32,000 nt of DNA. Source: Nostoc sp. PCC 7120 = FACHB-418 (GTDB taxonomy: Bacteria; Cyanobacteriota; Cyanobacteriia; Cyanobacteriales; Nostocaceae). The stretch spans positions 6,300,001 to 6,332,000 of the forward strand of contig NC_003272.1 of assembly GCF_000009705.1 (NCBI RefSeq), in the 5' to 3' direction. Positions 1 through 9,066 of this stretch are shown piece by piece; the first letter of the stretch is position 1, and every line of letters begins with the position of its first letter. Both the position numbers and the translations under genes were made by a program. Below the pieces are notes generated by a model. It did no database searches and was not told the origin of the DNA. It saw only the letters and a program-made list of their open reading frames with translations.

Positions 1-1269
1 CTCCGAAGCGTTGACTATGATATTGCCGCCCTTTCCTTCAGCTGGTATCACAGGTGAATCATTAGTCCTCAAAAATCCACTAGAGTCTGCTGTTACAACG
101 CCTCCATTAAGGATACGTAACTTCCCAGTAGTGATTTTAATGTCACTTGCTCTGCCTTGACCTGCACTGATGCCAATTAATCCAGTAATTGTACTTGACA
201 AAGTATCACTCTCAATAATGTCTACAGATTCGAAGGCATTGATTAGTAAATTTCCTGAGCCTCCCCGGCTGATGGTAGAAGTAGCTATCTGTGCGCCATT
301 CTGAACAATTAGCTTTGTTGCATTAATCGTTATATCTTTACCATTGGCATTACCTGTAGTGATACTTCTCAAGCGCACACTTTCACCACTGAGTTCTACG
401 GAGTTACCCTGTAGACGAATCTCACCGCCATTATTACCAGTAGTATCTATCTGAGAGGGTAACTGTCTACCGTTAGCCCCTTGGCGAATCCTCAATTGAA
501 TGTTGCGAAATTCTTGCACACCTTGATACCCTATTAACCAACCTTGGTTGATTGGATTAAGGATCACTAGACTATTGGGAGCAACGCTTCCTAGTTCAAT
601 TTTTCCTGATGGTACTGTTAAGTTGCCGCCTTCTAGTGTGATGTTGCCACCCACAAAGGCTAACGTATTACCATTTGGGACTTGAAGACCAACAGATCTA
701 CCACTTATATTCCGTGCTTGAGATTGATTTTTAATAGGATTTGCCGTTGCGCCAAATTGTAACCCACTAGGAATGCTAACTGTTAGCACAAATGTGTTTT
801 GAGGATTGATGGTACTAAATTGAGTACCATCGGCAAAATTCAGACTATTTGCCGTACTTGCTAAAAAGGAAGAGCGAATATTTAATGCAGCATTAGAACC
901 AAAAATAATTCCATTGGGATTGATCAGCAACAGGTTGGCTGTGCTATCAGATTTGATTATGCCATCAATGCTAGAAATAGAACTACCAGTTACTCGGCTA
1001 ATGATGTTTTGGACACTACCGATTGTTTTAAACTCAGCCGTATAGTTTTCTGGCACAGAAAACTCCCGAAAACTATGGAACAAATTACGTCTATCAGGAG
1101 ATAAGGTTCCACCTTCGATAATGATGTTGTTTTCTTGTTTTGTGACTCTGGAATTTTCAGGTAGAGTACTATCTTGTGTAATTTGGGCGATCGCAGAGTT
1201 TACAGAGAAAATTATTAAACTACTGACTGCAACCCCTAAAACTTTAACATACATCCCAAGATTACTCAT
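1..1269 (-). CDS. Two-partner-secretion exoprotein (TpsA / filamentous-haemagglutinin-like). Only the N-terminal 423 codons are present; the gene runs off the left edge of the window.
   Basis: This ORF is absent from the supplied track because it has no stop codon in the window. My own minus-strand translation from the ATG at 1269-1267 is open in frame down to base 1. It reads MSNLGMYVKVLGVAVSSLIIFSVNSAIAQITQDSTLPENSRVTKQENNIIIEGGTLSPDRRNLFHSFREFSVPENYTAEF..ISRVTGSSISSIDGIIKS..ANLLLINPNGIIFG... There is a Sec-type signal peptide ending AIA-Q. The NLFHSF..F and INPNGI.FG motifs are typical of the haemagglutination-activity (TPS) domain. Gly/Asn/Ile-rich beta-helix-like repeats follow. No competing ORF of 60 aa or more exists in any frame over 1-1120. 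Confidence 0.85.
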   Translation of the reverse strand, partial: MSNLGMYVKVLGVAVSSLIIFSVNSAIAQITQDSTLPENSRVTKQENNIIIEGGTLSPDRRNLFHSFREFSVPENYTAEFKTIGSVQNIISRVTGSSISSIDGIIKSDSTANLLLINPNGIIFGSNAALNIRSSFLASTANSLNFADGTQFSTINPQNTFVLTVSIPSGLQFGATANPIKNQSQARNISGRSVGLQVPNGNTLAFVGGNITLEGGNLTVPSGKIELGSVAPNSLVILNPINQGWLIGYQGVQEFRNIQLRIRQGANGRQLPSQIDTTGNNGGEIRLQGNSVELSGESVRLRSITTGNANGKDITINATKLIVQNGAQIATSTISRGGSGNLLINAFESVDIIESDTLSSTITGLIGISAGQGRASDIKITTGKLRILNGGVVTADSSGFLRTNDSPVIPAEGKGGNIIVNASE

Positions 1270-1470
1270 ACCAGCTATTACACCCCACAGAAACAATCCC
1301 GGTTGACAATTGATAGCGGCCTTGAACCAACATCAATTATGGCTTATGAGGATGTTTCTCGAATATAAATTTGTGTTGATAACGCTCTCATCACTCTGAA
1401 AAACCGTTAAATTTCCAGAGAGTTTTCACAAAATATGATAATAATAATTTATTTTTAAATAACCAATGAT

Positions 1471-1502
1471 AATGGAGACAATAAAATTCTATTGCCTCCA
1501 TT
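1471..1502 (-). terminator. Hairpin about 30 nt downstream of the 100-aa ORF; a possible partial terminator or attenuator ahead of the TpsA-like gene.
   Basis: On the minus strand the sequence is AATGGAGGCAAT-agaatttt-ATTGTCTCCATT. This is a 12-bp stem with one G:U position, followed by an A/U-rich tail but no clean U-run. Confidence 0.35.
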
Positions 1503-1533
1503 GAGATTACATAAATATGCAGCCAATTTTCAT

Positions 1534-1836
1534 TTATCCACAAGGGCAGCGAACAAAATCTTGTTTCTCTTCTGACCAGCAAATACAATAATCACTGTTA
1601 GTTTGTGTAACAATATTAGTTGTATCTATTAGATTTGCAGTCCTTGACGTAATTTTATTTCTATCAAGGCTGAACTGAATTTTAACTGCGTCTTCTCCTG
1701 AGATATTATAATTTTTGAAAATCTCTGCTAGCTTAGAGCTTTTCAATAGCGTCAGCACTTCTTCCTGAATGAATGCTTGTAAACTCTCTAATGTTGGTGA
1801 GCTAGTAACTGATGGCTTTAATTTGGAAGAATCCAT
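1534..1836 (-). CDS. Hypothetical 100-aa protein. The N-terminal part is Cys-free and Nif11-like; the C-terminal 19 residues carry four Cys.
   Basis: The ORF is in the supplied track. It lies on the same strand as the TpsA-like gene and 264 nt upstream of it. The segment LESLQAFIQEEV...LAEIFKNYNISGEDAVK resembles a shortened Nif11-type leader (L.AF..., IAK..GF.IS.EDL). The tail is DYCICWSEEKQDFVRCPCG. The Shine-Dalgarno is weak (AGGA only 2 nt from the ATG). Coding status is unproven. Confidence 0.45.
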   Translation of the reverse strand: MDSSKLKPSVTSSPTLESLQAFIQEEVLTLLKSSKLAEIFKNYNISGEDAVKIQFSLDRNKITSRTANLIDTTNIVTQTNSDYCICWSEEKQDFVRCPCG

Positions 1837-2210
1837 AAATCCTGAGTGTTGCTAGATAGGTAGATGTAGGACTAATTTTTTTAAACTAATAAGTTTAAGA
1901 CCAGCTTTATTGAAATATTCTTATGTCTAACGGCTAAGAACTTTAAAAGCCATTAGACGAATCAGTTCGCATAAAGCAATGACAACTCTTAGCTAATTAT
2001 TTATCAGTTTGGGTGAGGATGAATTATGCAATCAGTAACAAAAGTTTATAGTTTCTAGGCCATTGCTCAAGGATGTGACCGAGATGGCTATGCGATCGCA
2101 CATACTACTCATACTGGATTTAGATTTCTATCAAGCCCACCAAAACCATTATCAGGCGTGCAATACCCCCACTACTTCCATTTTCAAAAATCAAGTACGA
2201 ATCCTATATT

Positions 2211-3038
2211 TCAATTCTTTATACCCGTAGTAGCAATTCCCCGGATAAACTGACGCTGACCGATGAGAAATAGCACCATTACAGGTACAGTTGCAATAGT
2301 TACTGCCGCCATCATCAAAGGCCAATTATTGGTAAACTGCTCCTGAAACTCTGCCAATGCTAGCTGCACAGTTCTTAATTCTGGTTTTGTGGTGAAAACC
2401 AGAGGTTTAAATAAATCATTCCATTCAGCAATAAAGGTAAACAAAAACAGCGTCACCAATGCAGGACGGGCTAAAGGTAACATGACTTGCCACAAAATTT
2501 GCAATCGGTTAGCCCCGTCGATAGTTGCAGCTTCTTCCAACTCTACAGGAATTGTCTGGAAATATTGACGCAAGAGAAAAATGCCAAAGCCATTGACAGC
2601 AGTTGGTAAAATTAATGCTCCGTAGGTATTTATCAGGTGTCCCCACTTCAACACCAAAAAGATGGGAATCACTAATAATTGAAAAGGAATGATCAAAGTT
2701 GCTAAAACAATCAGAAGTAGTGTTTGCCGACCCCGGAATTTCAGCCTTGCCAAAGCGTAACCCGCTAACGCCGAAGTCACAATCTGAAATGCCGTCACTG
2801 CGATCGCTACCAAGGTAGAATTAGCGAATGCCAACAAAAACTTACCTCGTTGCCAAGCATCGCGGTAATTAGCGAATGACCAATTATTTTTGGGCAAAAG
2901 TTCTAAATTTGAACCTGGAGGTGCAAAAGAAGTGAGAAAAACCACAAACAGTGGCGATAGCACAATCAATGCCCCCAGCAGTAGTGCTGATAGACTCCAA
3001 AAATCAGCAGATTTCCAATTCCAGTTTAATTTGGTCAT
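2211..3038 (-). CDS. Carbohydrate-type ABC transporter permease (MalG/binding-protein-dependent inner-membrane component).
   Basis: The 275-aa product has about 6 hydrophobic segments. It carries the EAA loop motif (LEEAATIDGANRLQILWQVMLPLARPAL) typical of importer permeases. Confidence 0.85.
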   Translation of the reverse strand: MTKLNWNWKSADFWSLSALLLGALIVLSPLFVVFLTSFAPPGSNLELLPKNNWSFANYRDAWQRGKFLLAFANSTLVAIAVTAFQIVTSALAGYALARLKFRGRQTLLLIVLATLIIPFQLLVIPIFLVLKWGHLINTYGALILPTAVNGFGIFLLRQYFQTIPVELEEAATIDGANRLQILWQVMLPLARPALVTLFLFTFIAEWNDLFKPLVFTTKPELRTVQLALAEFQEQFTNNWPLMMAAVTIATVPVMVLFLIGQRQFIRGIATTGIKN

Positions 3039-3215
3039 GAGTTAGATCGCCAAGCACTTGTTTCTTTGGTAATACAGTATCGACCTCAGCAACCGCTAAT
3101 CTACAACATAGGCAATTGTTAAGTAAAATTAAACCACAATGAGCATTACCTTAAATTCATAGGGTAGATTAAAGTTTGGTATCAAATAATTCAGGTTTAC
3201 AGGAGTAAACATATC

Positions 3216-3911
3216 ATGCAGCAGGTTGCAGCCGATTTAGAAATTGATTTCAAGAGCGAAAAATATAAAGATGCCTATAGTCGCATAAATGCGATCGTGA
3301 TTGAAGGGGAACAAGAAGCATACGAGAATTACATTCAACTATCCCAACTGCTGCCAGACGATAAAGAAGACCTAATTCGCCTCTCGAAAATGGAAAGCCG
3401 TCACAAAAAAGGATTTGAAGCTTGTGGACGGAACCTACAAGTATCACCAGATATGGAGTTTGCCAAAGAATTCTTTGCTGGACTACACGGTAACTTCCAA
3501 AAAGCGGCGGCTGAAGGTAAAATCGTTACCTGTCTATTGATTCAGTCCCTGATTATTGAATGTTTTGCGATCGCCGCATACAATATCTACATTCCCGTTG
3601 CTGACGATTTTGCTCGTAAAATCACTGAGGGTGTAGTCAAAGATGAATACAGCCACCTCAACTTCGGCGAAGTTTGGTTACAGAAAAATTTTGCCCAATC
3701 CAAAGCAGAATTAGAAGAAGCTAATCGTCATAATCTTCCCATAGTTTGGAAAATGCTCAATCAAGTCGCGGATGATGCCGCAGTCTTAGCTATGGAAAAA
3801 GAAGCCCTAGTCGAAGATTTTATGATTCAGTACGGCGAAGCGTTAAGTAATATTGGCTTCACAACCAGAGATATTATGCGGATGTCAGCCTACGGACTTA
3901 CAGCAGCTTAA
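3216..3911 (+). CDS. ado: Aldehyde-deformylating oxygenase (alkane biosynthesis).
   Basis: The 231-aa product starts [42 protein letters not shown]. Both di-iron ligand motifs are present (EGEQEA...ESRH and IIECFA...EYSH). It sits directly upstream of aar. Confidence 0.95.
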   Translation: MQQVAADLEIDFKSEKYKDAYSRINAIVIEGEQEAYENYIQLSQLLPDDKEDLIRLSKMESRHKKGFEACGRNLQVSPDMEFAKEFFAGLHGNFQKAAAEGKIVTCLLIQSLIIECFAIAAYNIYIPVADDFARKITEGVVKDEYSHLNFGEVWLQKNFAQSKAELEEANRHNLPIVWKMLNQVADDAAVLAMEKEALVEDFMIQYGEALSNIGFTTRDIMRMSAYGLTAA

Positions 3912-3969
3912 ATAGTTCTGATTCCTGATTAAAGTAAGGCTGCCAGTTATTATCGATTTCAGGCTGGTG

Positions 3970-4027
3970 ATGGGTAATAGGTAATGGGTAAAAGTTTATT
4001 CCCAATTATCAATTACCAATTACCCAT
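3970..4027. repeat. Inverted pair of GGTAAT-type heptamer repeats forming a long hairpin between ado and aar.
   Basis: The left arm is ATGGGTAATAGGTAAT (from 3970). The reverse complement of the right arm ATTACCAATTACCCAT (ending 4027) is ATGGGTAATTGGTAAT. The arms match at 15 of 16 positions. Confidence 0.7.
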
Positions 4028-4153
4028 GATCAAACTCATTACTCAGGACTCAGCATTCATCACACTTTGTATAGTATTTTTAAGAGTTAAGTATTATCTC
4101 TTATCCACATATCCCACGCATTCGCCAAGGCACAAGCCTAAATATATCACTCC

Positions 4154-5173
4154 ATGTTTGGTCTAATTGGACATCTGACAAGTTTAGAACACGCTCAAGC
4201 GGTAGCTCAAGAACTGGGATACCCAGAATACGCCGACCAAGGGCTAGATTTTTGGTGTAGCGCTCCACCGCAAATAGTTGACCACATTAAAGTTACTAGT
4301 ATTACTGGTGAAATAATTGAAGGGAGGTATGTAGAATCTTGCTTTTTACCGGAGATGCTAGCCAGTCGTCGGATTAAAGCCGCAACCCGCAAAGTCCTCA
4401 ATGCTATGGCTCATGCTCAAAAGAATGGCATTGATATCACAGCTTTGGGTGGTTTCTCCTCCATTATTTTTGAAAACTTTAAATTGGAGCAGTTTAGCCA
4501 AGTTCGTAATGTGACACTAGAGTTTGAACGCTTCACTACAGGCAACACTCACACAGCATATATTATTTGTCGGCAGGTAGAACAAGCATCACAACAACTC
4601 GGCATTGAACTCTCCCAAGCAACAGTAGCTATATGTGGGGCTACTGGTGATATTGGTAGTGCAGTTACTCGCTGGCTGGATGCTAAAACAGACGTGAAAG
4701 AATTGCTGTTAATCGCCCGTAATCAAGAACGTCTCCAAGAGTTGCAAAGCGAGCTGGGACGCGGTAAAATCATGAGCCTTGATGAAGCACTGCCCCAAGC
4801 TGATATCGTAGTTTGGGTAGCCAGTATGCCTAAAGGTGTGGAAATTAATCCTCAAGTTTTGAAGCAACCCTGTTTGCTGATTGATGGGGGTTATCCGAAA
4901 AACTTGGGTACAAAAGTTCAGTATCCTGGTGTTTATGTACTGAACGGCGGTATCGTCGAACATTCGCTGGATATTGACTGGAAAATCATGAAAATAGTCA
5001 ATATGGATGTACCTGCACGCCAATTATTTGCTTGTTTTGCGGAATCTATGCTCTTGGAATTTGAGAAGTTGTACACGAACTTTTCTTGGGGGCGCAATCA
5101 GATTACCGTAGACAAAATGGAGCAGATTGGTCAAGCATCAGTGAAACATGGGTTTAGACCACTGCTGGTTTAG
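4154..5173 (+). CDS. aar: Acyl-ACP reductase (long-chain acyl-[ACP] reductase, alkane biosynthesis).
   Basis: The 339-aa product starts [43 protein letters not shown]. It has the GATGDIG nucleotide-binding motif and the conserved [13 protein letters not shown] segment containing the catalytic Cys. Confidence 0.95.
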   Translation: MFGLIGHLTSLEHAQAVAQELGYPEYADQGLDFWCSAPPQIVDHIKVTSITGEIIEGRYVESCFLPEMLASRRIKAATRKVLNAMAHAQKNGIDITALGGFSSIIFENFKLEQFSQVRNVTLEFERFTTGNTHTAYIICRQVEQASQQLGIELSQATVAICGATGDIGSAVTRWLDAKTDVKELLLIARNQERLQELQSELGRGKIMSLDEALPQADIVVWVASMPKGVEINPQVLKQPCLLIDGGYPKNLGTKVQYPGVYVLNGGIVEHSLDIDWKIMKIVNMDVPARQLFACFAESMLLEFEKLYTNFSWGRNQITVDKMEQIGQASVKHGFRPLLV

Positions 5174-5300
5174 GGGCTGGGGACTGGGGCCTGGGGATTA
5201 GGAAGAAAAATACACCCTAGTCACAAGATTGTACCCAAGACCCAATCCCCAATACCAATTCCTCATACCCAATACCTAATACCCAATACCTAATCCCTAA
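5173..5300. repeat. STRR-type heptamer arrays: a G-rich block (GGGGCTG GGGACTG GGGCCTG GGGATTA) followed by a C-rich block (CCCAATC CCCAATA CCAATTC ... CCCAATA CCTAATC).
   Basis: The 7-nt periodicity is read directly. Four GGGG runs separated by 3-nt loops lie at 5173-5196. A partly complementary AATCCCC-type array lies at about 5234-5300. Confidence 0.75.
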
Positions 5301-5302
5301 CT

Positions 5303-6283
5303 ATGGCTACAACTGAGCGCAAACCACTACTGTTGGATTTTGAAAAGCCACTAGCAGAACTGGCAAACCGGATTGATCAAATTCGGCAACTGGCAGAGGA
5401 GAATGGCGTAGATGTGTCTGGTGAGATTCGCAAGCTAGAAACACGCGCTATGCAACTGCGTGAGGAAATTTTTAGTACTCTGTCTCCATCTCAACGACTA
5501 CAAGTAGCACGTCATCCCCGCCGTCCTAGTACTCTCGATTACATTCAGGCCATCAGTGATGAATGGATGGAGTTGCATGGCGATCGCTGTGGTGGTGATG
5601 ATCCGGCTCTCATCGGCGGTGTGGCGCGTTTGGGTGGTAAACCTGTGGTGATTTTGGGTCATCAAAAAGGACGAGATACCAAAGATAATATTGCTCGCAA
5701 TTTCGGGATGGCGACTCCAGGCGGCTATCGCAAAGCCATGCGGCTGATGGAACACGCCAACAAATTTAGTATGCCGATTTTGACATTTATCGATACCCCA
5801 GGCGCTTTACCTACGGTGGTAGCCGAACGCCAAGGCGCAGGGGAAGCGATCGCCTATAATTTGCGCGAGATGTTTTCTTTAGATGTACCAATTATCTGCA
5901 CCGTTATCGGTGAAGGTGGTTCTGGTGGCGCTTTGGGTATTGGTGTAGGCGATCGCCTATTAATGTTTGAACACTCTGTCTATACTGTGGCTACCCCCGA
6001 AGCCTGTGCGGCGATTCTTTGGAAAGATGCTAGCAAGTCTCCCCAAGCCGCCGTCGCCCTGAAAATCGTCTCCCATGACCTGAAAAATTTGGGCATTATT
6101 GACCAGATATTACCTGAACCCACAGGTGGCGCTCACTCTGACCCTTTAACAGCTGCTACAACCTTAAAACAAGCCCTGTTAGATAACTTGGATGAACTAG
6201 ACCGCTTAACATCACAAGAACGCCGCCAACTGCGTTATGATAAATTCCGCAAAATTGGTGTATTTACAGAAGTTGCACATTAA
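5303..6283 (+). CDS. accA: Acetyl-CoA carboxylase carboxyltransferase subunit alpha.
   Basis: The 326-aa product carries typical AccA segments: [44 protein letters not shown]. Confidence 0.95.
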   Translation: MATTERKPLLLDFEKPLAELANRIDQIRQLAEENGVDVSGEIRKLETRAMQLREEIFSTLSPSQRLQVARHPRRPSTLDYIQAISDEWMELHGDRCGGDDPALIGGVARLGGKPVVILGHQKGRDTKDNIARNFGMATPGGYRKAMRLMEHANKFSMPILTFIDTPGALPTVVAERQGAGEAIAYNLREMFSLDVPIICTVIGEGGSGGALGIGVGDRLLMFEHSVYTVATPEACAAILWKDASKSPQAAVALKIVSHDLKNLGIIDQILPEPTGGAHSDPLTAATTLKQALLDNLDELDRLTSQERRQLRYDKFRKIGVFTEVAH

Positions 6284-6644
6284 CAAACGCGCTTAATTGA
6301 TTTATTACCCAAAACCAGTGTTATAATTACCTGTGGCTACTTAAAGATTTTTAACAATCTCGTCAGCCATAGGTATTTATATCTAAATAGCCACTAATTG
6401 TAGATGGGTGGCTGTGTCAAAAGTATTTGCTAATTAACTGTAGTGACATGGGCTAGTCTTTAAACTAGCGTTTGTTATTTTTGCGTAAACCAAAATTGCA
6501 GAGAACACTAATTATAGCAAATAATCATAGCATTTGTCAGGGAATATCATCGAAATTTAAGGTTAATTTAATCTATTTGACTCTAAAAGTTTCGATAATT
6601 GGGTGACAAGGGCTTGCAAAACTGCCAAAAAATTGGGAGAAAGC

Positions 6645-7370
6645 ATGAGTTTGGAGCAGAAACGACGCGCTCTGATTACTGGGGCAAGTAGTGGAATTGG
6701 CAAAGCAACGGCGTTAGCCTTTGCAAAAGCGGGAATAGACGTGGCTTTGGTGAGCCGTTCTTTGGATAAATTGACACCTGTAGTAGAAGCAACAAAACAG
6801 ACTGGAGTAGTAGCCAAAGCGTATACTGTAGACTTAGCAGACGTATCGCAAGTAGAGGCAAAAATCCAAGCGATCGCTATTGACTTTGGAGATATAGATA
6901 TTCTTGTCAATAATGCGGGTGTAGCATATACGGCTACCTTGAGCGAAACGCCTTTAGCAGACTGGCAACAAGTAATTAACTTGAACCTGACGGGCGTATT
7001 TGAATGTATTAAAGGAATTTTGCCAACAATGCGCGATCGGCATACAGGCACAATCATCAATGTGTCTTCGATTGCAGCTAAACAATCTTTTCCGCACTGG
7101 GGAGTTTACAGCGTCAGTAAAGCAGGATTAATGGCACTTTCTCAAACCTTGGCACAAGAAGAACGTGTCCACGGTATTCGGGTAACTGCGATTTGTCCTG
7201 GGGCAGTAAATACTGGACTTTGGGATACAGAGACGGTTAAAGCTGACTTTGACCGTTCCAAAATGCTCACCCCGGAAATTGTGGCTCAGTCAATTCTCTA
7301 CACTGCATTATTACCACCACAAGCAGTAATTGATGAATTGACGCTCATGCCCAGCGCAGGTGCGCTGTAA
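6645..7370 (+). CDS. Classical short-chain dehydrogenase/reductase (SDR family oxidoreductase).
   Basis: I prefer the ATG at 6645 (MSLEQKRRALITGASSGIGKA), which is preceded by GGGAGA at 6635-6640, over the GTG at 6603 in the track. Motifs seen: TGxxxGIG, NNAG and the YSVSK catalytic segment. Confidence 0.85.
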   Translation: MSLEQKRRALITGASSGIGKATALAFAKAGIDVALVSRSLDKLTPVVEATKQTGVVAKAYTVDLADVSQVEAKIQAIAIDFGDIDILVNNAGVAYTATLSETPLADWQQVINLNLTGVFECIKGILPTMRDRHTGTIINVSSIAAKQSFPHWGVYSVSKAGLMALSQTLAQEERVHGIRVTAICPGAVNTGLWDTETVKADFDRSKMLTPEIVAQSILYTALLPPQAVIDELTLMPSAGAL

Positions 7371-7500
7371 TTTGTAATTCGTAAATTCGTAATTCGTAAT
7401 AGCCTACGGCTAGGCTTGCACTGATCCAGAGAAAGCTAACTCCTACTTAGTTTGTAGGATTATTTTGAATTCTGAATTTTGAATTCCCCTTACGGGGTTA
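7371..7500. repeat. Heptamer tracts (GTAATTC and GAATTTT types) plus two short hairpins in the SDR-folE spacer.
   Basis: The tracts are tttGTAATTCGTAAATTCGTAATTCGTAAT (7371-7400) and TTTTGAATTCTGAATTTTGAATTCC (7463-7487). The hairpins are AGCCTAcggcTAGGCT and CCCCttacGGGG. Confidence 0.7.
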
Positions 7501-7533
7501 ACCATTGAACAAACCATAACCAAGACTGAAATT

Positions 7534-8241
7534 ATGACTATTGCTAGTTCCAACGGTTCCAATCGCGCACAATCACCCCTAATTACCGACTTGGCAGAAG
7601 CCATCAATACCAGACCTGACCGCAATACCCATAATGGCCGAGAACCAGAATTGCACCAACCTTCAGAAGAAGATATGGAATCAATGATGGGTGCAGTTAG
7701 GTCAATATTAGTGGGTGTTGGAGAAGACCCGGAAAGAGAAGGTCTATTGAAAACACCAAAGCGAGTGGCAGAGGCAATGCGTTTCCTCACCAGTGGCTAC
7801 AACCAATCTTTAGAAGAATTACTCAACGGTGCTGTCTTTGATGAAGGTCATAACGAGATGGTATTAGTTCGAGACATTAACTTCTTTAGTTTATGCGAAC
7901 ACCATATGTTACCCTTCATGGGCAGAGCGCACGTTGCTTATATCCCCAACCAGAAGGTAGTAGGACTAAGCAAGCTAGCCCGGATTGTCGAGATGTATTC
8001 CCGACGCTTGCAAGTACAAGAAAGGCTAACCCGCCAAATTGCTGAAGCTGTGCAGACCATTTTAGAACCCCAAGGTGTAGCCGTTGTGATGGAAGCAAGC
8101 CATATGTGCATGGTGATGCGCGGTGTACAAAAACCAGGCTCTTGGACTGTAACTAGCGCAATGTTAGGCGTATTCCAAGAAGAACAAAAAACTAGAGAAG
8201 AATTCTTTAACTTGATTCGTCATCAACCAGCATTCTTTTAG
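7534..8241 (+). CDS. folE: GTP cyclohydrolase I (FolE type).
   Basis: The 235-aa product has [19 protein letters not shown], the [12 protein letters not shown] zinc/active-site motif and [10 protein letters not shown]. Confidence 0.93.
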   Translation: MTIASSNGSNRAQSPLITDLAEAINTRPDRNTHNGREPELHQPSEEDMESMMGAVRSILVGVGEDPEREGLLKTPKRVAEAMRFLTSGYNQSLEELLNGAVFDEGHNEMVLVRDINFFSLCEHHMLPFMGRAHVAYIPNQKVVGLSKLARIVEMYSRRLQVQERLTRQIAEAVQTILEPQGVAVVMEASHMCMVMRGVQKPGSWTVTSAMLGVFQEEQKTREEFFNLIRHQPAFF

Positions 8242-8280
8242 GGAATGGGGGATGGGTAATGGGGGATGGGTAATGAGTAA
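8241..8280. repeat. Tandem heptamers (GGGTAAT/GGGGGAT alternating) between the convergent folE and trpF genes.
   Basis: The sequence reads GGGAATG GGGGAT GGGTAAT GGGGGAT GGGTAAT GAGTAA directly. Confidence 0.7.
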
Positions 8281-8284
8281 TTAT

Positions 8285-8938
8285 TTATTCTCCTGAACCC
8301 TTCTTCCACTCCCTACTCTCTAATTTTTCAAAAAGTAATGCAACTTTATCTAAATCTTTATCGCCTGGTTTAAGTTCGACACCGCTAGATAAATCTATAC
8401 CATCAGGATTCAGTTGGCTTAAAGCTTCTAAGATATTTTCTGGTGTTAGTCCTCCGGCTAGTAACCAAGGGCAACTTGGGCGAAATTTTTGCAACATTTG
8501 CCAATCTAAAGTTTGACCAGTCCCCCCTAATTGCTGGGGATGATAGGCATCAAGTAATAAAGTATTTATATACTTAGTGTAAATAACTGCTTGTTCCAAA
8601 TGCTCAAGACTACGAACTCTCAACGCTTTCAATACTTCTACTTGGGGAAGTGATTGACGCACTTGGTCGCAAAACTCTGGGGTTTCGTCACCGTGTAACT
8701 GCACACCAGTTAACCCAGAATCAATCACTGTTTGATAAATTTCCGCAATACTGCTATTGGCAAAAACGCCAATTTTATCAATATTTTCTGGTAAGGGTGT
8801 GACAGCATCTCGAATTTGTCCGGCGGTAACGTAACGCGGTGAAGAAGGTACACATATAAATCCTAGCGCTGTTGCACCCAAAGAGGCGATCGCTACTGAC
8901 TGTTGTGGTTGAGTGATGCCGCAAATTTTCACACGCAT
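8285..8938 (-). CDS. trpF: Phosphoribosylanthranilate isomerase.
   Basis: The 217-aa product starts MRVKICGIT, and has GFIC..SPRYV, QLHGDE and GGTGQTLDW. This is the TrpF (beta/alpha)8 signature. Confidence 0.9.
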
Positions 8939-9066
8939 AAGAATTTCCGATATTGGGAACTAAAAAAAGTCGAATTTTAATTGATTAAGTTCGGTTGTGT
9001 CCTAACTAACTCTATAATTTTCTAGGTCTAGATTAACTTTGCCCTAGATATTTAGGAGACAAAAGC

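Noticed and set aside
1121-1588. The ORFs 1121-1306 (+) and 1391-1588 (-).
   Set aside because: The first is antisense to the TpsA-like signal-peptide region. The second spans the AT-rich spacer and the hairpin, overlaps the 3' end of the 100-aa ORF, and has no Shine-Dalgarno or motifs.
3984-4166. A 60-aa ORF in the ado-aar spacer.
   Set aside because: It is read straight through the inverted GGTAAT heptamer repeat. It has no Shine-Dalgarno, has low-complexity composition, and ends overlapping the aar start. It is a repeat artefact rather than a gene.
6563-7060. A 165-aa minus-strand ORF.
   Set aside because: It lies entirely antisense to the well-supported SDR gene and has no recognisable motifs. 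It is a shadow ORF.
7443-7790. A 115-aa minus-strand ORF overlapping the folE 5' end.
   Set aside because: It is antisense to the N-terminal extension of folE and runs into the heptamer repeats. It has no motifs.
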